Shown here piece by piece: positions 39,298-52,966 of a DNA stretch of 57,059 bases; position 1 is the first letter of the stretch; each line of letters starts with the position of its first letter. A model generated the notes under the pieces. It worked only from the letters and a program-made list of their open reading frames with translations, ran no database searches and was not told the origin of the DNA. The stretch is from Octopus bimaculoides (lineage: Eukaryota): contig NC_068981.1 in NCBI RefSeq assembly GCF_001194135.2, forward strand, positions 121,893,564 through 121,950,622, given 5' to 3'. The position numbers were made by a program, and so were the translations under genes.

Positions 39298-39913
39298 GGT
39301 AAATTATTATTATAAAATCTGGTAGTTAGTCATATATTAATTAATATCGATTAGTTATCAGGAGGTCAGCACATCAAAAGAATCAAAGAGAAATCTCAGG
39401 GGATTAAGGTACATTTTAAAAAATAACGTCGACCACTAACGTGGACAATTAATGCGCTAGAAATAGATCACATCTTGTGTCTATTAAGACCTAAGTTGTT
39501 CTCAACATGAAATATAGCAGCATACCAAAAACGTGAGCGGGCAAGACATTTAAAATCACCTAAAAAAGCATTATTAAACAGGAACTAGTTTCGGATTTAA
39601 CAAATTCTTACCATTTGTCTATTCCTCATCAGCCTGATTTGTAATGTCTTGCCTGTTCACGTTTTTGGTATGCTGCTATATTTCATGTTGAGAACAACTT
39701 AGGTCTTAATAGACACAAGATGTGATCTATTTCTAGCGCATTAATTGTCCACGTTAGTGGTCGACGTTATTTTTTATAATGTACCTTAATCCCCTGAGAT
39801 TGCAGATAATATTTCTGAATCTCTTTGATTCTTTAGATGTGCTGACCTCCTGATAATTAATCGATATTAATTTATATATGACTAATTACCAGATTTTATA
39901 ATAATATTTTACC
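39298..39913. mobile_element. Foldback element: ~260-280 bp near-perfect inverted arms around a ~76 bp spacer (probably Penelope-like derived)
   Basis: 39298-39558 is the reverse complement of 39635-39913 with few mismatches and one ~18 bp indel. Confidence 0.9.
39576..39640 (-). ncRNA. Type I hammerhead ribozyme motif with palindromic stem III
   Basis: Minus strand: CAGG-CTGATGA-GGA(ata)GACAAAT(ggtaaga)ATTTGTT(aaa)TCC-GAAA-CTAG-TT-CCTG; all core nucleotides present. Confidence 0.75.
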
Positions 39914-42839
39914 CATTNNNNNNNNNNNNNNNNNNNNNNNNNNNNNNNNNNNNNNNNNNNNNNNNNNNNNNNNNNNNNNNNNNNNNNNNNNNNNNNNNNN
40001 NNNNNNNNNNNNNNNNNNNNNNNNNNNNNNNNNNNNNNNNNNNNNNNNNNNNNNNNNNNNNNNNNNNNNNNNNNNNNNNNNNNNNNNNNNNNNNNNNNNN
40101 NNNNNNNNNNNNNNNNNNNNNNNNNNNNNNNNNNNNNNNNNNNNNNNNNNNNNNNNNNNNNNNNNNNNNNNNNNNNNNNNNNNNNNNNNNNNNNNNNNNN
40201 NNNNNNNNNNNNNNNNNNNNNNNNNNNNNNNNNNNNNNNNNNNNNNNNNNNNNNNNNNNNNNNNNNNNNNNNNNNNNNNNNNNNNNNNNNNNNTGTGAGT
40301 TGAACACCGAATTTATGCATGTATGTATTTCTATATTCGTGTTAACTTCGGGTTAGTTCATGGTCTCCGTTGATCACAGAAGCGGAGACGTATACTTTTG
40401 ACATAAGCAATGGCATATAATTTCATGTATGTGACACTTCAGAGTAAAAAAAAATGCTTTTTCAAAAGACTGAATAATATATATGTACACACACACACAC
40501 ACACACACACAGACACACACACACACACACACACACAATCGATTTGATCTATTTCTGCTATCACAGGGAAACAATAGAGTCTTAAATGTTGGGGTTTCCA
40601 AATCGAACAGCCCTTGTGTGTTTCTATTTTCTTCACTTCAGTAGTATATCATAACATTTGGATTGTCGAAATGAACATAATAACATACTTATCCAAAACA
40701 TCGAAAGTCAATTTACAAGTTGTGTAGAGAAAAGTAAACCTTATGAATAAAATTAAGATTGATTTATGTGAATTGAAAATCCTCTAGTATTGATGTAGAA
40801 TATAATTGATAAAATCCTCTGTAAATGTGATTCAAGAATGCAACTTTTACATAGTAGTTCAGCTTGTTCAATCTATTTGAAAAATCTCCTTCAAATCCAA
40901 CGCTATATGTTCAAAACGATACATGGCCCCGGGTTGAAGAGAAGCAATAACGATTGATAGATATCAGAGGGAAAAAGTAATAGTGACATTTAGACTAAAA
41001 AAAAACAAAAAAAAAACGAACGGAATAAATAAAGTACATGAAAGCAACCGAAGATTTTACAGCAGAGGCTCATGGACGCATTGTACTCCTTAACCCTTTT
41101 GAATATGCAGCCCATTGACTGTCTATAATTGATATTTTCATAATTGTTTCAATGTATTATATATATTTTGAACTTTTTAGATGCATTAGATTTCATAGAT
41201 TGTTTCCTTTGTGGTCCGAAAAATGTTAGCAAACAAAATTTAAATGTACAAGTAAAGTATTAAAATCGATGCATGTAAAAGGAAATATTTTATTGAAATT
41301 AGGATTCATATTATCTTTAAAGTATCAGTAATACCAGCATTGACGAATGGCATCGAACAAACAACTTTTATTTTGTTATCCTATGAATTCGATAATTAAA
41401 CAGCATTTATTAGATATAATATTACATAAGTTCCATTCGCAATGTTTTGCAGCGGAAGTATAAGAGAATAGAAATTACAGTTTTGTGTGACAAATAGTTA
41501 ATGAGTGCCTATATTTCATGTCTCCCGTGTTGTAATGTATTTCATTTTTAAAGAGCAGCTCCAATGAAGAAAAAGAAAACCCCGCATAACTTCAACGTTA
41601 AAAGACAAATATAGTTGTTGATTTTGTGGTGGTGTAGGAGCAGTATATATAAAAAAATATTGAACACCATTTCTAGTCTAATCGCACGTCTATCTTTTTA
41701 TAATAACATCCACCCAGTCTAATATAAAATAAGACAGAACTAAAGAAATGAAAATTAGTTATGTGTACTTAACACTCGAATTGTAGTTGTGAACATAAGA
41801 TAATCTAAAAATGCCAAGATTGATTCTTTCACATTTCTCACTTGCACGCAAGAAAGAAAGCAAGATATCGGAAGATGCGTGTTGTTAAAAGAAGCATTCT
41901 TGAATGGCGAAGATATGTTATTTAATGGATATTCTACCACCTGTGAGATTATGTCAGCAAGACTTACAGTTATCAGACAACACTTTTACACGAAGAATAC
42001 TTGTAATTTCAACAGACATGCACATTTAGCTGAAGAACGACTTGATAACACGTGACTACTTCTAACTATAATTTGATGATTCAGCATATATATATATCAA
42101 ACAGCACAGTTGATAGACGTTGTAAGCATATTTAGTTGTTTCTCTACACAAGAAGAGACATTGAAAATATTGCCCATGATGCAGTAAGCACCAGATGAGT
42201 ATAGTCATAGCACATTCAAACTATATGCCTCTGCATATGCATTCTGCAATTTCCTTTAAAGGGACACTAGCAATCTTTGATACATTATTTCTTTTCGCAT
42301 AGTACACGAATCCATTCCAAACATTATAGCATTTTATTGGGCTAACTCTCAAGGAGGTTGGCAATTGTATAATGCATATATTTAGGCATGCCGTGAGTTT
42401 TGTTATAAAAGTAATCATCCCTATTAGAGCATCTCGTCTGCAACACTAGTTACACAAAGCATTACTGAAGATACATCACATCATCTTATCTTAGACTACA
42501 TATGTAAGTATGCAGGTTCTGTAAAAGTAGATAAAGAGATGAAAGATTTACTCAAAGACAACGAACGAAATAAGTAACTATTACTGGCAGATGAGTTTGA
42601 GGTGCTTTTTACAGTGAGGACGGACAAATTGATCAAAATAAACCTGTAGCATCAATGAAAAGATGCATGCGTATCAGTCACTAATGTTTCCAATACGAAT
42701 AAATGTATAGAGTAATATTGACGTCTTCAAAAACAAATTCAGAATTAGTTTAAACTGATTAAACAGGCATCTATGAGATAGAATCAATGAACACATTTTG
42801 TAAATCGGTTTTCATGTAATATATATATATATATATATA

Positions 42840-43240
42840 CTCTTTCACTTGTTTCAGTCATTTGACTGCGGCCATGCTGGAGCACCGCCTTTAGTCGAGC
42901 AAATCGACCCCAGGACTTATTCTTTGGAAGCCTAGTACTTATTCTATTGGTCTCTTTTGCCGAACCGCTAAGTTATGGGGACGAAAACACACTAGCATCG
43001 GTTGTCAAGCGACGTTGGAGGGACAAATACAGACACAGAAACACACACATACGCATATATATATATATACATATATACGACGGGCTTCTTTCAGTTTCCG
43101 TCTACCAAATCCACTCACAAGGTTTGGGCGGCCCGATGCTATAGTAGAAGACATTTGCCCAAGGTGCCACGCAGTGGGACTGAACCCGGAACCATGTGGT
43201 TGGTAAGCAAGCTACTTACCACACGGCCACTCCTGCGCCT
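42840..43240 (-). mobile_element. tRNA-derived SINE family 1, full length
   Basis: Head aggcgcaggagtggccgtgtggtaag (A-box) ..ccgggttcagtcccactg (B-box), internal (AT)/(AC) tract, CR1-like tail ggcggtgctccagcatggccgcagtcaaatgactgaaac. Confidence 0.9.
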
Positions 43241-43248
43241 AGTATGCG

Positions 43249-43368
43249 ATGCTTACAACACCTAGGTTTCTCAAGCGGTCACCCATCTAAGTACTAAGTA
43301 GGCTCGACGTTGCTTAACTTCAGTGATCGGACGAGAACCGGTGCTTTCAGCGTGATATGGCCGTAAGC
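43249..43368 (-). rRNA. 5S rRNA copy, full length, probably a pseudogene
   Basis: Minus strand GCTTACGGCCATATCACGCTGAAAGCACCGGTTCTCGTCCGATCACTGAAGTTAAGCAACGTCGAGCCTACTTAGTACTTAGATGGGTGACCGCTTGAGAAACCTAGGTGTTGTAAGCAT; isolated, box C altered (TAGATGGG), no oligo-T terminator. Confidence 0.9.
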
Positions 43369-43439
43369 CATATATAAATATGTATATTTATATACATATA
43401 TATATATATATGTATATATATATATTTATGTATATATAT

Positions 43440-43492
<53 letters not shown>

Positions 43493-43747
43493 NNNNNNNN
43501 NNNNNNNNNNNNNNNNNNNNNNNNNNNNNNNNNNNNNNNNNNNNNNNNNNNNNNNNNNNNNNNNNNNNNNNNNNNNNNNNNNNNNNNNNNNNNNNNNNNN
43601 NNNNNNNNNNNNNNNNNNNNNNNNNNNNNNNNNNNNNNNNNNNNNNNNNNNNNNNNNNNNNNNNNNNNNNNNNNNNNNNNNNNNNNNNNNNNNNNNNNNN
43701 NNNNNNNNNNNNNNNNNNNNNNNNNNNNNNNNNNNNNNNNNNNNNNN

Positions 43748-43859
<112 letters not shown>

Positions 43860-44489
43860 GGATAGATAGATAGGTAGAAAAAAATATGTATATATATATA
43901 TATGTGTATTTAAATGTGTGTGTATATGTATATACATATATATGTGTTTGTATGTATATATATATGTATATATGATGCAGGCATGTAACTATGAATGTTT
44001 TATAAAATTTCAAATGTCATGGTGGGTCATATTTCATCATTGTGAGGAATGCGTCAGCTTGTTGTTGCATATTCGATATAATTTCATAATGAATAGCAAA
44101 GGCTGTTGTTGAAATCGCAAGACATTAAATATCTAAACAGTAGTTATAGGATGCTATATATTACATTTCTACATAACTGTGCATGCTTTTCTGTTTACCA
44201 ATATTATTCTCATGAATTTATAAAATACTAGCCTAAAAGCCGCATTCCGTTCGGAATTGTAAGGTAGCGCCTGCGGAGGGCTAATTCGACCTACCGCTCA
44301 AAACTAAACAGAATTAAATAGCACAATTATAATACATCTATGATGAATATATCGGTGTTTGATCAGAGGTTAAGGACGAAATTAATTCTGTAATGCAATC
44401 ATTCTACAGTTCCGGTCCCAAATTGGATTCCAACTGTTGGTCAATTTGTCCTAGAGTTATTATTTCGACGTAAAATTAATGACGCGAAT

Positions 44490-44590
44490 GTAATTTCTCT
44501 CCCTCCTTGGTCTCTGATGTCATCTGACAAACGCCAACCAAGATGGCGTGAATCGGTCATGCTTTACCTGCTAGAAATAGCAGCCTAAAT
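44490..44590 (+). mobile_element. Possible old SINE central-domain remnant
   Basis: tgatgtcatctgacaaacgccaacc..ggtcatgctttacctgctagaaatagcagcctaaat; related ctagaaata motif at ~31780; family assignment from memory, unverified. Confidence 0.3.
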
Positions 44591-47500
44591 GCTTTGAATT
44601 TGGGTCCCAATGCTGGATGTCCAAGAACGAAATGAACGGCAGATTTTCAATTCCGAGATAATCCTGATTCCAAAATGTATAATATCTATGTAAAGCAAAT
44701 ATAGACTGAGATTGAGGGGTCCTAGACAGATAGACAGAATTTTGCTTTTTACTAATATAGATAATTATATCATAATATCTGTATAATCTTTGGTTAAATA
44801 TGATCTAAGAAATAATTTTGAAATGATGACTTCTTATACATTGGAAAAAGAATTTTAATAGAATTTGAAAGGGATTTTGCCTATTGAGAAAATTAATGTA
44901 CAATTTCCTTACATTAACATGCCTTCTCGAAATATTCCACCAATCGATATGTTACACACATACACAAATATAAGCACAGACAAACCTACATGCACACGCA
45001 CTGACCTAGACCTGTATATGAAGTAAAACAAAGTTGCACCAAGGTTCAAGAGAAGATAACATGTGAGTTGCTGTTGAAAACGTTTCTATAACAATATTCA
45101 TTATGTAAATATTTATCAGATGAAAAATGTCAGTAAACAGGTAATCAAACTCCAATAGGAATATCATGAACCCCTAAAAAAAAAAAATAATTGAAAAAGT
45201 ATTGTATTTCATGCTTTAGCATAAGATTTGTTGATTGTTATCGAAAGAGACATCGCCACTAGAAATATGTGGCGTTTGAACTGAAAGACAATATCTGATG
45301 CGATGAAGGAAAAATGTGGAATCATAAGGTAATCTTTGGCACAAGCTATTATATTGATTGCTTCCATCATATTTTCCATGACGGTTTTCGCAACAAATCT
45401 TGAGGCATTAATTTGGTTTGGTGCATCCAAATTTTGTAGCATCATACCGCTCCTCCTCCTTTCTGTATTTGTGTTTAGTGGGCGGGGAATATTATTATGC
45501 TGAAAAGGATAGAAAATTCTATTGAAAATTTTAGCAGGAATATTACTACCAACCATAATGTAAAATTTGTACCATTGTACTGCGCTGTTACCTTTGCAAA
45601 CCAGTGACATTTGTGTAATATATAGTTACATTTTTGTGAGATAAGATGAGACGTTCACAAACTAAATCATATGTTGATTAATTCAACGTGAGGCTAGTAT
45701 AAACGTTTAAAATGTATTTCTTGGAATGCCTTTTTGGTTTACACCTGCAATTCGTACCTGGAAGTCCACACTCTTCACAATTCTTGCCCGACATAAACTA
45801 TATATTATATTCAATGAAGGCCAATGAGAAGTGAAGCACATCGCATAGGTAATCTGTAGTTGTGAGTACGTCGTTATTACAAATTTCGCCTTACTCTTAC
45901 CACACAACCACGATCGATCACACACGCACACGCACAAAACACAGAGGCACACATACACAAATATCTATATCTATATATGCAACGGTATGACCAAGTGTGC
46001 CTGAGTACGCATGTGTGTATGTATGTATATCTGTGTCTGTGTTGATCAAGAAGGTAAACGTATTTTAAAAAATGATTATTAGTAGATATGTCGATGGACG
46101 AATATTTATTCAGTATGTATTTCATATGAGATATAGCGATTTATAGCTGCAAAATTTCGCCAAAAATATTTTACGCAAAATAATTTCTCTCTAGTAAGAC
46201 AAAAACAAATTAAAAGTAAAATAAATATCGGGCAATTAAAATCGTACTAGTGGGACCCGTGGTAATCCTACAGAATGAAAACTACTATCAGAAGCTATTT
46301 AAGAAAGAGAGGATGATTTGCATTTTTTAATTTTTTTCTTGCAAAGTTATTTCACTTCAAGGCATAATAATAATATGATTTTCAAATTTCCCTTTTCTAA
46401 GCACTTGATATATCCTTTTCCGTCTTCCTCTTCAACAAACTTTCAACCTCTCTTCATGACTTTAAAGTTTCTCTCGTTCTCTTCACCTCTCACTTTCACT
46501 AACCACATGAGAGACAGCATAATGCATCGGCTGGCTATCTGCTCTCTCACTCACACTCGCAATCCCTCTTCCTCTCCTTCACTCCATCTCTTCTCTAACA
46601 AAATAAAGCGTAAAGCGTGAACGAACAGGTAGAAGAATTTAGTTAAATAAAGATGTTTTTCACTAACAACAATACATCACCACGTCTTCATGAATAGAGT
46701 TTTCAGTAACAAAGCTCATTTCATTTCCTTACTGACAGTACAAACACTATTCATCTCTACCACTCTTTATGTAACTACCTTCTCTGTCCATCTCTTTCTC
46801 TCTCTCTTAATGTAACTGCCTCCCCTGTTCGTCTCTCTCTCTCTCTCTATCTGCCTTTCTTTAGCATCACCTCCAGAACATCACCATCTGCTAAATACTA
46901 CATCCTAAACATTTCGCTTTCTCTTTACTTCTCCCTCCACACCCTACTGCACGTCATTAACATTTTTCTCTCCCTCGTTTCTATCACTGTCTTTTTCTCT
47001 CGAACTTTCCCCCTCCCTTCAACTAAACGCCTCACGCAGCTGGCCTTATTATACATCTTTCTGTACTTCTCTGGTCACACTCCTCCCCCACTCTCACTTT
47101 TACTTCACCTCTTACTCACTCCGTCTCTCATTCACTCTACCTCCCTTACTAGCTGAAGTATGACGGGTGAATGAACAAGCAGATTATTATATAGATTTAT
47201 GATATTCTGGATGATGTTATTCTTTCCGGGAATGTTGATCAAAGCGCATTCAATAATTTTGTTCCAAGGATTAGCATTTTCTCATATAAAATGTCACTGT
47301 ACGGCATAATACCAAAGCATCACTGTCAAAATTAATTTCCAAAATATATTCTGTGGTTCTTTCTTTAGCTTTTTGAAGATTCTATTTAATGTATTTTTTG
47401 TATAAGATTACTGGTGAAAGAAATGTCTGTAGCATATATAATGCTTCCCAAAAGCGAAAATGTGTCAATTAATCATGTAATTGTAACTTTCACTGGTAAA

Positions 47501-48667
47501 CAATAAAATAAAACCTACTGTCAATTCGATATTTATTTAGCATCACATCATCAAAACGTGAATATTTGTATATTTATTGGTTCAAGCTGTCAATATTGGT
47601 CTTTATATGCATAAATGTATGGAATTTTAGATGCTCACAGGAGCTTCAGATGCACCAGTTATTATTGTATTTATTGGATTACAATATCTTGAAAGATCTG
47701 GAAATAATCTAAACCTCTTTCTCTGAATTCCATGTAAAGAGACTAATAATAAAATATTAGAATGTAAAGAACAATAATCAATTTAAAAGTACAACAGACC
47801 ATTTTCGCTTCCCTTAACTGTCTTAAAATATATTATTATGTTAATTACAGAACACTTATTATTGCAATATAACTACAGCTAGTAACCGTTTTTCTCATGA
47901 TTATATTGAGCAACATAAGATAACAGCCAAACTGGCACAGAATTTCATTGAACATCTCGACAATTTCCATAGGCACAGACGTTCATATCAATATAAAATA
48001 TCTCAATGAGCATCAGATATAAAACAACATGCCTGTAATAATCTGGATAAAATGAAAATGTTCGAAACTATGATCAATGTAATAAAGTTACTCTGTATTT
48101 TAATTAACAATATTAAAATAATATTAAAACAATTTTATTAATTATATTCAGCACTAACGAAAATGAGTTATTTTATGGCCTTTGTTCACTGTCGTTGAAA
48201 TTGTTTTGAAACTTTATTCAAGTCACCAGTTCAATTAGTTATGTTCATTTAACAGACATTGTATCAATGAAGTATGTTACAGCCGGATATCAGCATAATA
48301 ATAAATTATATAATTTTCTCTTTGTTTCTTTAGAAGTGTGCCACTGACTCATATACTGTTCGTTATATAGTATATGATTCGACATGTTTTAACTAATTTT
48401 GCAGGAGAGAGTAAATGTTGTTGACAACGACAGAATTGCAGCATTTTCCACTGTCACAACTGAGGAAATGTGAATTAGGATCTGCATTGTCAACATTAAA
48501 AAAAGTGTGCAATCCTATATTCAGCAAGAAACGTAGGAGAGAGTTTCGATGTTACTAGACATCGAGACAAGACAGTATCTCTGCTAATTAATTTAGCATT
48601 TAATAGATTAATTATTAACAACATCAATAACAAAAACAATGATAAAAATAATAATGATGATGATGAT

Positions 48668-48858
48668 AATTCTTTCTAATATAGGCAAATTTTGTGAGGA
48701 TAGGGTTTGTCGAGTACATCAACACCAGCGCTCAACTGTTACTTATTTCCTTGACTCTGAAAGGATGTAGGGCAAAGTCAACTTCGCTGGAATTTGAACA
48801 CAGAACACAAAAACGGATGAAATATATCTGAGCACTTTGTCCGGCGTGCTAATGACGT
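48668..48858 (-). mobile_element. Family 2 SINE, diverged
   Basis: gaaaggatgtagggcaaagtcaacttcgctggaatttgaacacagaac..tccggcgtgctaa. Confidence 0.7.
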
Positions 48859-51438
48859 AAACAGTGTGAGAGAGAGCTTTATGATTATGAAGGACGAAAA
48901 AAACTGGGTAATATAAAAAGATTCACGTCATAGTAAATGTGTATGCCCGAAGTGCTATACTCATAACGATTTTCCAGACCATATCAGTGGTAGAAAAGGC
49001 AGAGAAAGAGGTAAGAATGTAGCGATGATGAGAAGATGGACGTAAACAAGCACAATTAGGGAGAAGTGAATGTAGTTATAAAGAGAAATGTAGGGGGTAT
49101 TCAGAGTAAGTAATATGAGTCTTAGAAAGAAAATGATACTACAATACGCACAGGGAGATGTAGTGTAAGAGGCACACTGATTAAAATGGACTGAAATACA
49201 GAGACTTAAAGAAAGAAAAAAGTATATAGAGAGAATAGAAAGCCAGAAAATATATCGTGATTTGACCTCACAGAAATGTTAGAGAGGAGGGTTACTGAAA
49301 GCTGAAGTTATGGAAGGAGAGAGAAAGTGTAAAGGAGAGAATATTGCAAAAGGTTTGTGTGTAGTATTTGGTGGTAAAATGCACACACACGCATATAGAT
49401 ATCTGAACACACATACTTATACGTATATGCATAAAAGTATTCATTTATATATCCGTCGTGTCTTTGAAATATTTTGGCATTTAAAATCTCATTCCGAAGC
49501 ATCATTTACTGGAAGGAATTGGAAGGAATTGGAAGATATTATTTCCTGATATCTTAACTGTTTTCTATTCATATCCAAGTAGAAACACTCGTTCATAGTT
49601 ATTGCATGTGTAATGTGTAATTTCGATGGATTCAGAATAAATTTACAAATCATTTTAAGCGTGAATTCCTTTTTGTGACCACTCAGGAATTGCTTTATTG
49701 AGACATTCTATTATTAATGCTGTATTATATTTTCAATCTATTGAATACAGCTTCGTCATCAATATGAATGAAATGAAGGTTGAAATTAACACTCATTCAG
49801 GTATCTCAACGAATAAGCCATATGTTTCTTCGGTGTAACAAATGAGCGAATGGAAAAAAAATTATAGCAAAATTTATTCAGATCTTTCACTATATAATGC
49901 TCTTTTATGGTATGCAATTAATCTAAATCTAAATACATTTTGTTTCGCATACAAATACGGTGTTGTTGTCTTTTATACTTCTAATGTTGCTGAGATGATT
50001 ATGGATCTCACATATTTTCTTCGTTATTCAATACCTGAAACTTAAATATTACCAATAACAAGATTTTGCATAGACACAAGTCCTCCTATCATTATTAGTT
50101 GAGCTACTTTGATCGAGTCATCATCGGTACTTAGGTGGTTCTTCTTTCATCAAACCCTGAGACATGAAAGTCAACCTCAGTCCTGTATTCACTCAATAGT
50201 TTTCCCTTTTCTATATATTTTATTGATAATGCTTCTGTGTGATTACATTGTATTACTATATGGTGATAATAGTTGCTATTACGCATCCCAGGTTTTCGAA
50301 TAAAGTTGGTTTGCATTGAAAAACAGGACAAGGAAAGTCAGGGAAAAATATAGCTTCATGTTCGTGTTTCTGGTAAAACATAGAAGAATTATTTATGAAC
50401 AAGATTGAACACAAAAGAAACAAAAATAGAATCATGAACAGCGTAGAAAAAATGTAATTAAGTTTTGTGATATTTTACTTGAAACGCAATATGCACGCTT
50501 GTAAAGATCGCGGAAGACAATGACCTAAGCCCGAAATTTTCCTCTCTCTATATATATATAATTCTACAAAGTGGTATCGTAATGTATTTATTCGTAACTC
50601 ACAAATAACAACTCTAAAAAAATAACAAAAAAACTCTAAACATGTATTGATATTTCTGAAACGACCCTTTTAGTATAACGATATATTCAATCAAACTTTA
50701 TATTTAATAAAACATAAAGGTATGCCAGTAAAAGTTTCATATTGATGATACTCACGCATTCCCAACATACTTTTCAAATGTCAATAGTCAATAAGTTAAG
50801 TAATAGAATATATACATACCATATCTAATATTCGACCAGCCATGTCTGTTTGAACATTTAATCTAGATATATTGAAACAGAGTTCGGAAAGAAAAATGCT
50901 TCTTAGTGTAATATGGCATCAAATAAAGTAATAAGTGTAATAAGATAATATGAGGAACTGTAAAACAAGGAAAAAGAATATGCTAAAACAAAGAAATAGT
51001 TATGCTTTTATGCCTTATATGAATTATGCATGAAGGAAGTTTCTCCACTAAACTTAGAAAGATACATATGCTCTTGCACAGGCATTTTAACGTACACACA
51101 GAGAGATACACACGCACATACACACTAACACACAGTTACACACGTACACACAGAAAGACACACACACACACACATTTATATTTGTTGATATGTATATACA
51201 TCAACAAATATTTATGGGCATGTATATATACACGCATATATTATAATATACAATAGACATATTTAAATTAAATTTCCTTTGTAATACAATATAAATTTTA
51301 ATTTATTTTTCTACCAGCTGTGCTGCTACACCGACTGTGTTCCTTTCTGTAAAATCATACTTACCATGGAGAACTTCTATATGAAAGCAATTTCTGTGCG
51401 AACGTATATGCATATATTTAGATACACACTCACACACG

Positions 51439-51487
<49 letters not shown>

Positions 51488-52806
51488 TAATACATACATA
51501 CATCCAAACATACATAACACACATACACATACACACACACACATGTATATCCACTTCATACAAATATACATCAGGTTTAATTACACACAATACGCCATAA
51601 TTACGTGTTATTGTTTTCCAAACTAGCAAATGAGGCACTTTTTCTATTTCTATTTCGTAAATTTTATTTCCCATTCAATCAAGACATTATTAATATCCAG
51701 CAAGACAAAACTGGTTTGTTGGTAGAGCAAACATGACATATTCCAACCAAACACTTTCCAGTATCGAAGTTTTGTCTTCTAGAATCTACATCACCGAGAA
51801 CACCGTACGTACGTTTCGTGCTGAATGAGCTAAAAAACATTTATTACTAATTGGATTATTGTCTTTTTTAGGCAACAATATGTTGACTCTCTGTGTGTAG
51901 CGTGGTTTTTACAAGTTGAAATGATGATTATATTAATATTTCCTTTAGAGTATAGATCATTGCATTAACTTTGTAATGGGATTAGTATATAGGACATAGA
52001 GATCGTCGCTATAATGATATTGAAGGAACTTACGCGGACATGAAGAGGTTGCTTGAACTAGATCAGAACGAAAAAACCTGCCACATTCACTCCCTGTCTC
52101 AAAGTAAAGACAGATAGAATGCATAAGTTTCAGGGTTAGACAGAGTACTACTCAGATATATATCCAAAGGGATATTCATGCCCACCTCAACTACGGAAGC
52201 TTATGTGTCTGATATCCAGGAATTTGCAGCATATCAGTCACTGTACTTATGATCTTCAATTCTTTAAAACTCATAACTACACGCTATAACGTTATATATA
52301 CGCTTTGAAATAACTTAACTGCAACTTTGAAAGCAGATGATATCATACATATAACATCCCCTCATTATCCCATTTTAATCGTATAAGTATTCCCTACGTA
52401 CTCCAGTTGTATAAACATTTGACTCAAACGAACGGAGATAGGACAGCATTTACCAAATCATATCTCTGTATACGAGAAACATCACAGAATGTAAAAAAAC
52501 TATTAACCATCACATTCAACTTCAAAAATATACCATGACATTACATATATAGAAAGAGAATAATTCAATTGATTGGCACTTCCTCAACAAGAGAGTAGAT
52601 TTATATTATAGCCCAACGAATCCATATGTCACCGCTGTGTTAAGCCTGAATGATTTTGTATTTAAATACAAAATACAAAATCAGCCTATGATCCTGTTGA
52701 ATCTTGTCGGCTCTGTCATTAATAATCTAATTAACTTATATAAATTATAACTATATGTACATCGCGTTACAGGTTAGAGATAGATAAAAAACAGAATATT
52801 GAAAAT

Positions 52807-52966
<160 letters not shown>

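Noticed and set aside
41090-41110. ttaacccttt piggyBac-like terminus
   Set aside because: No matching opposite terminus found.
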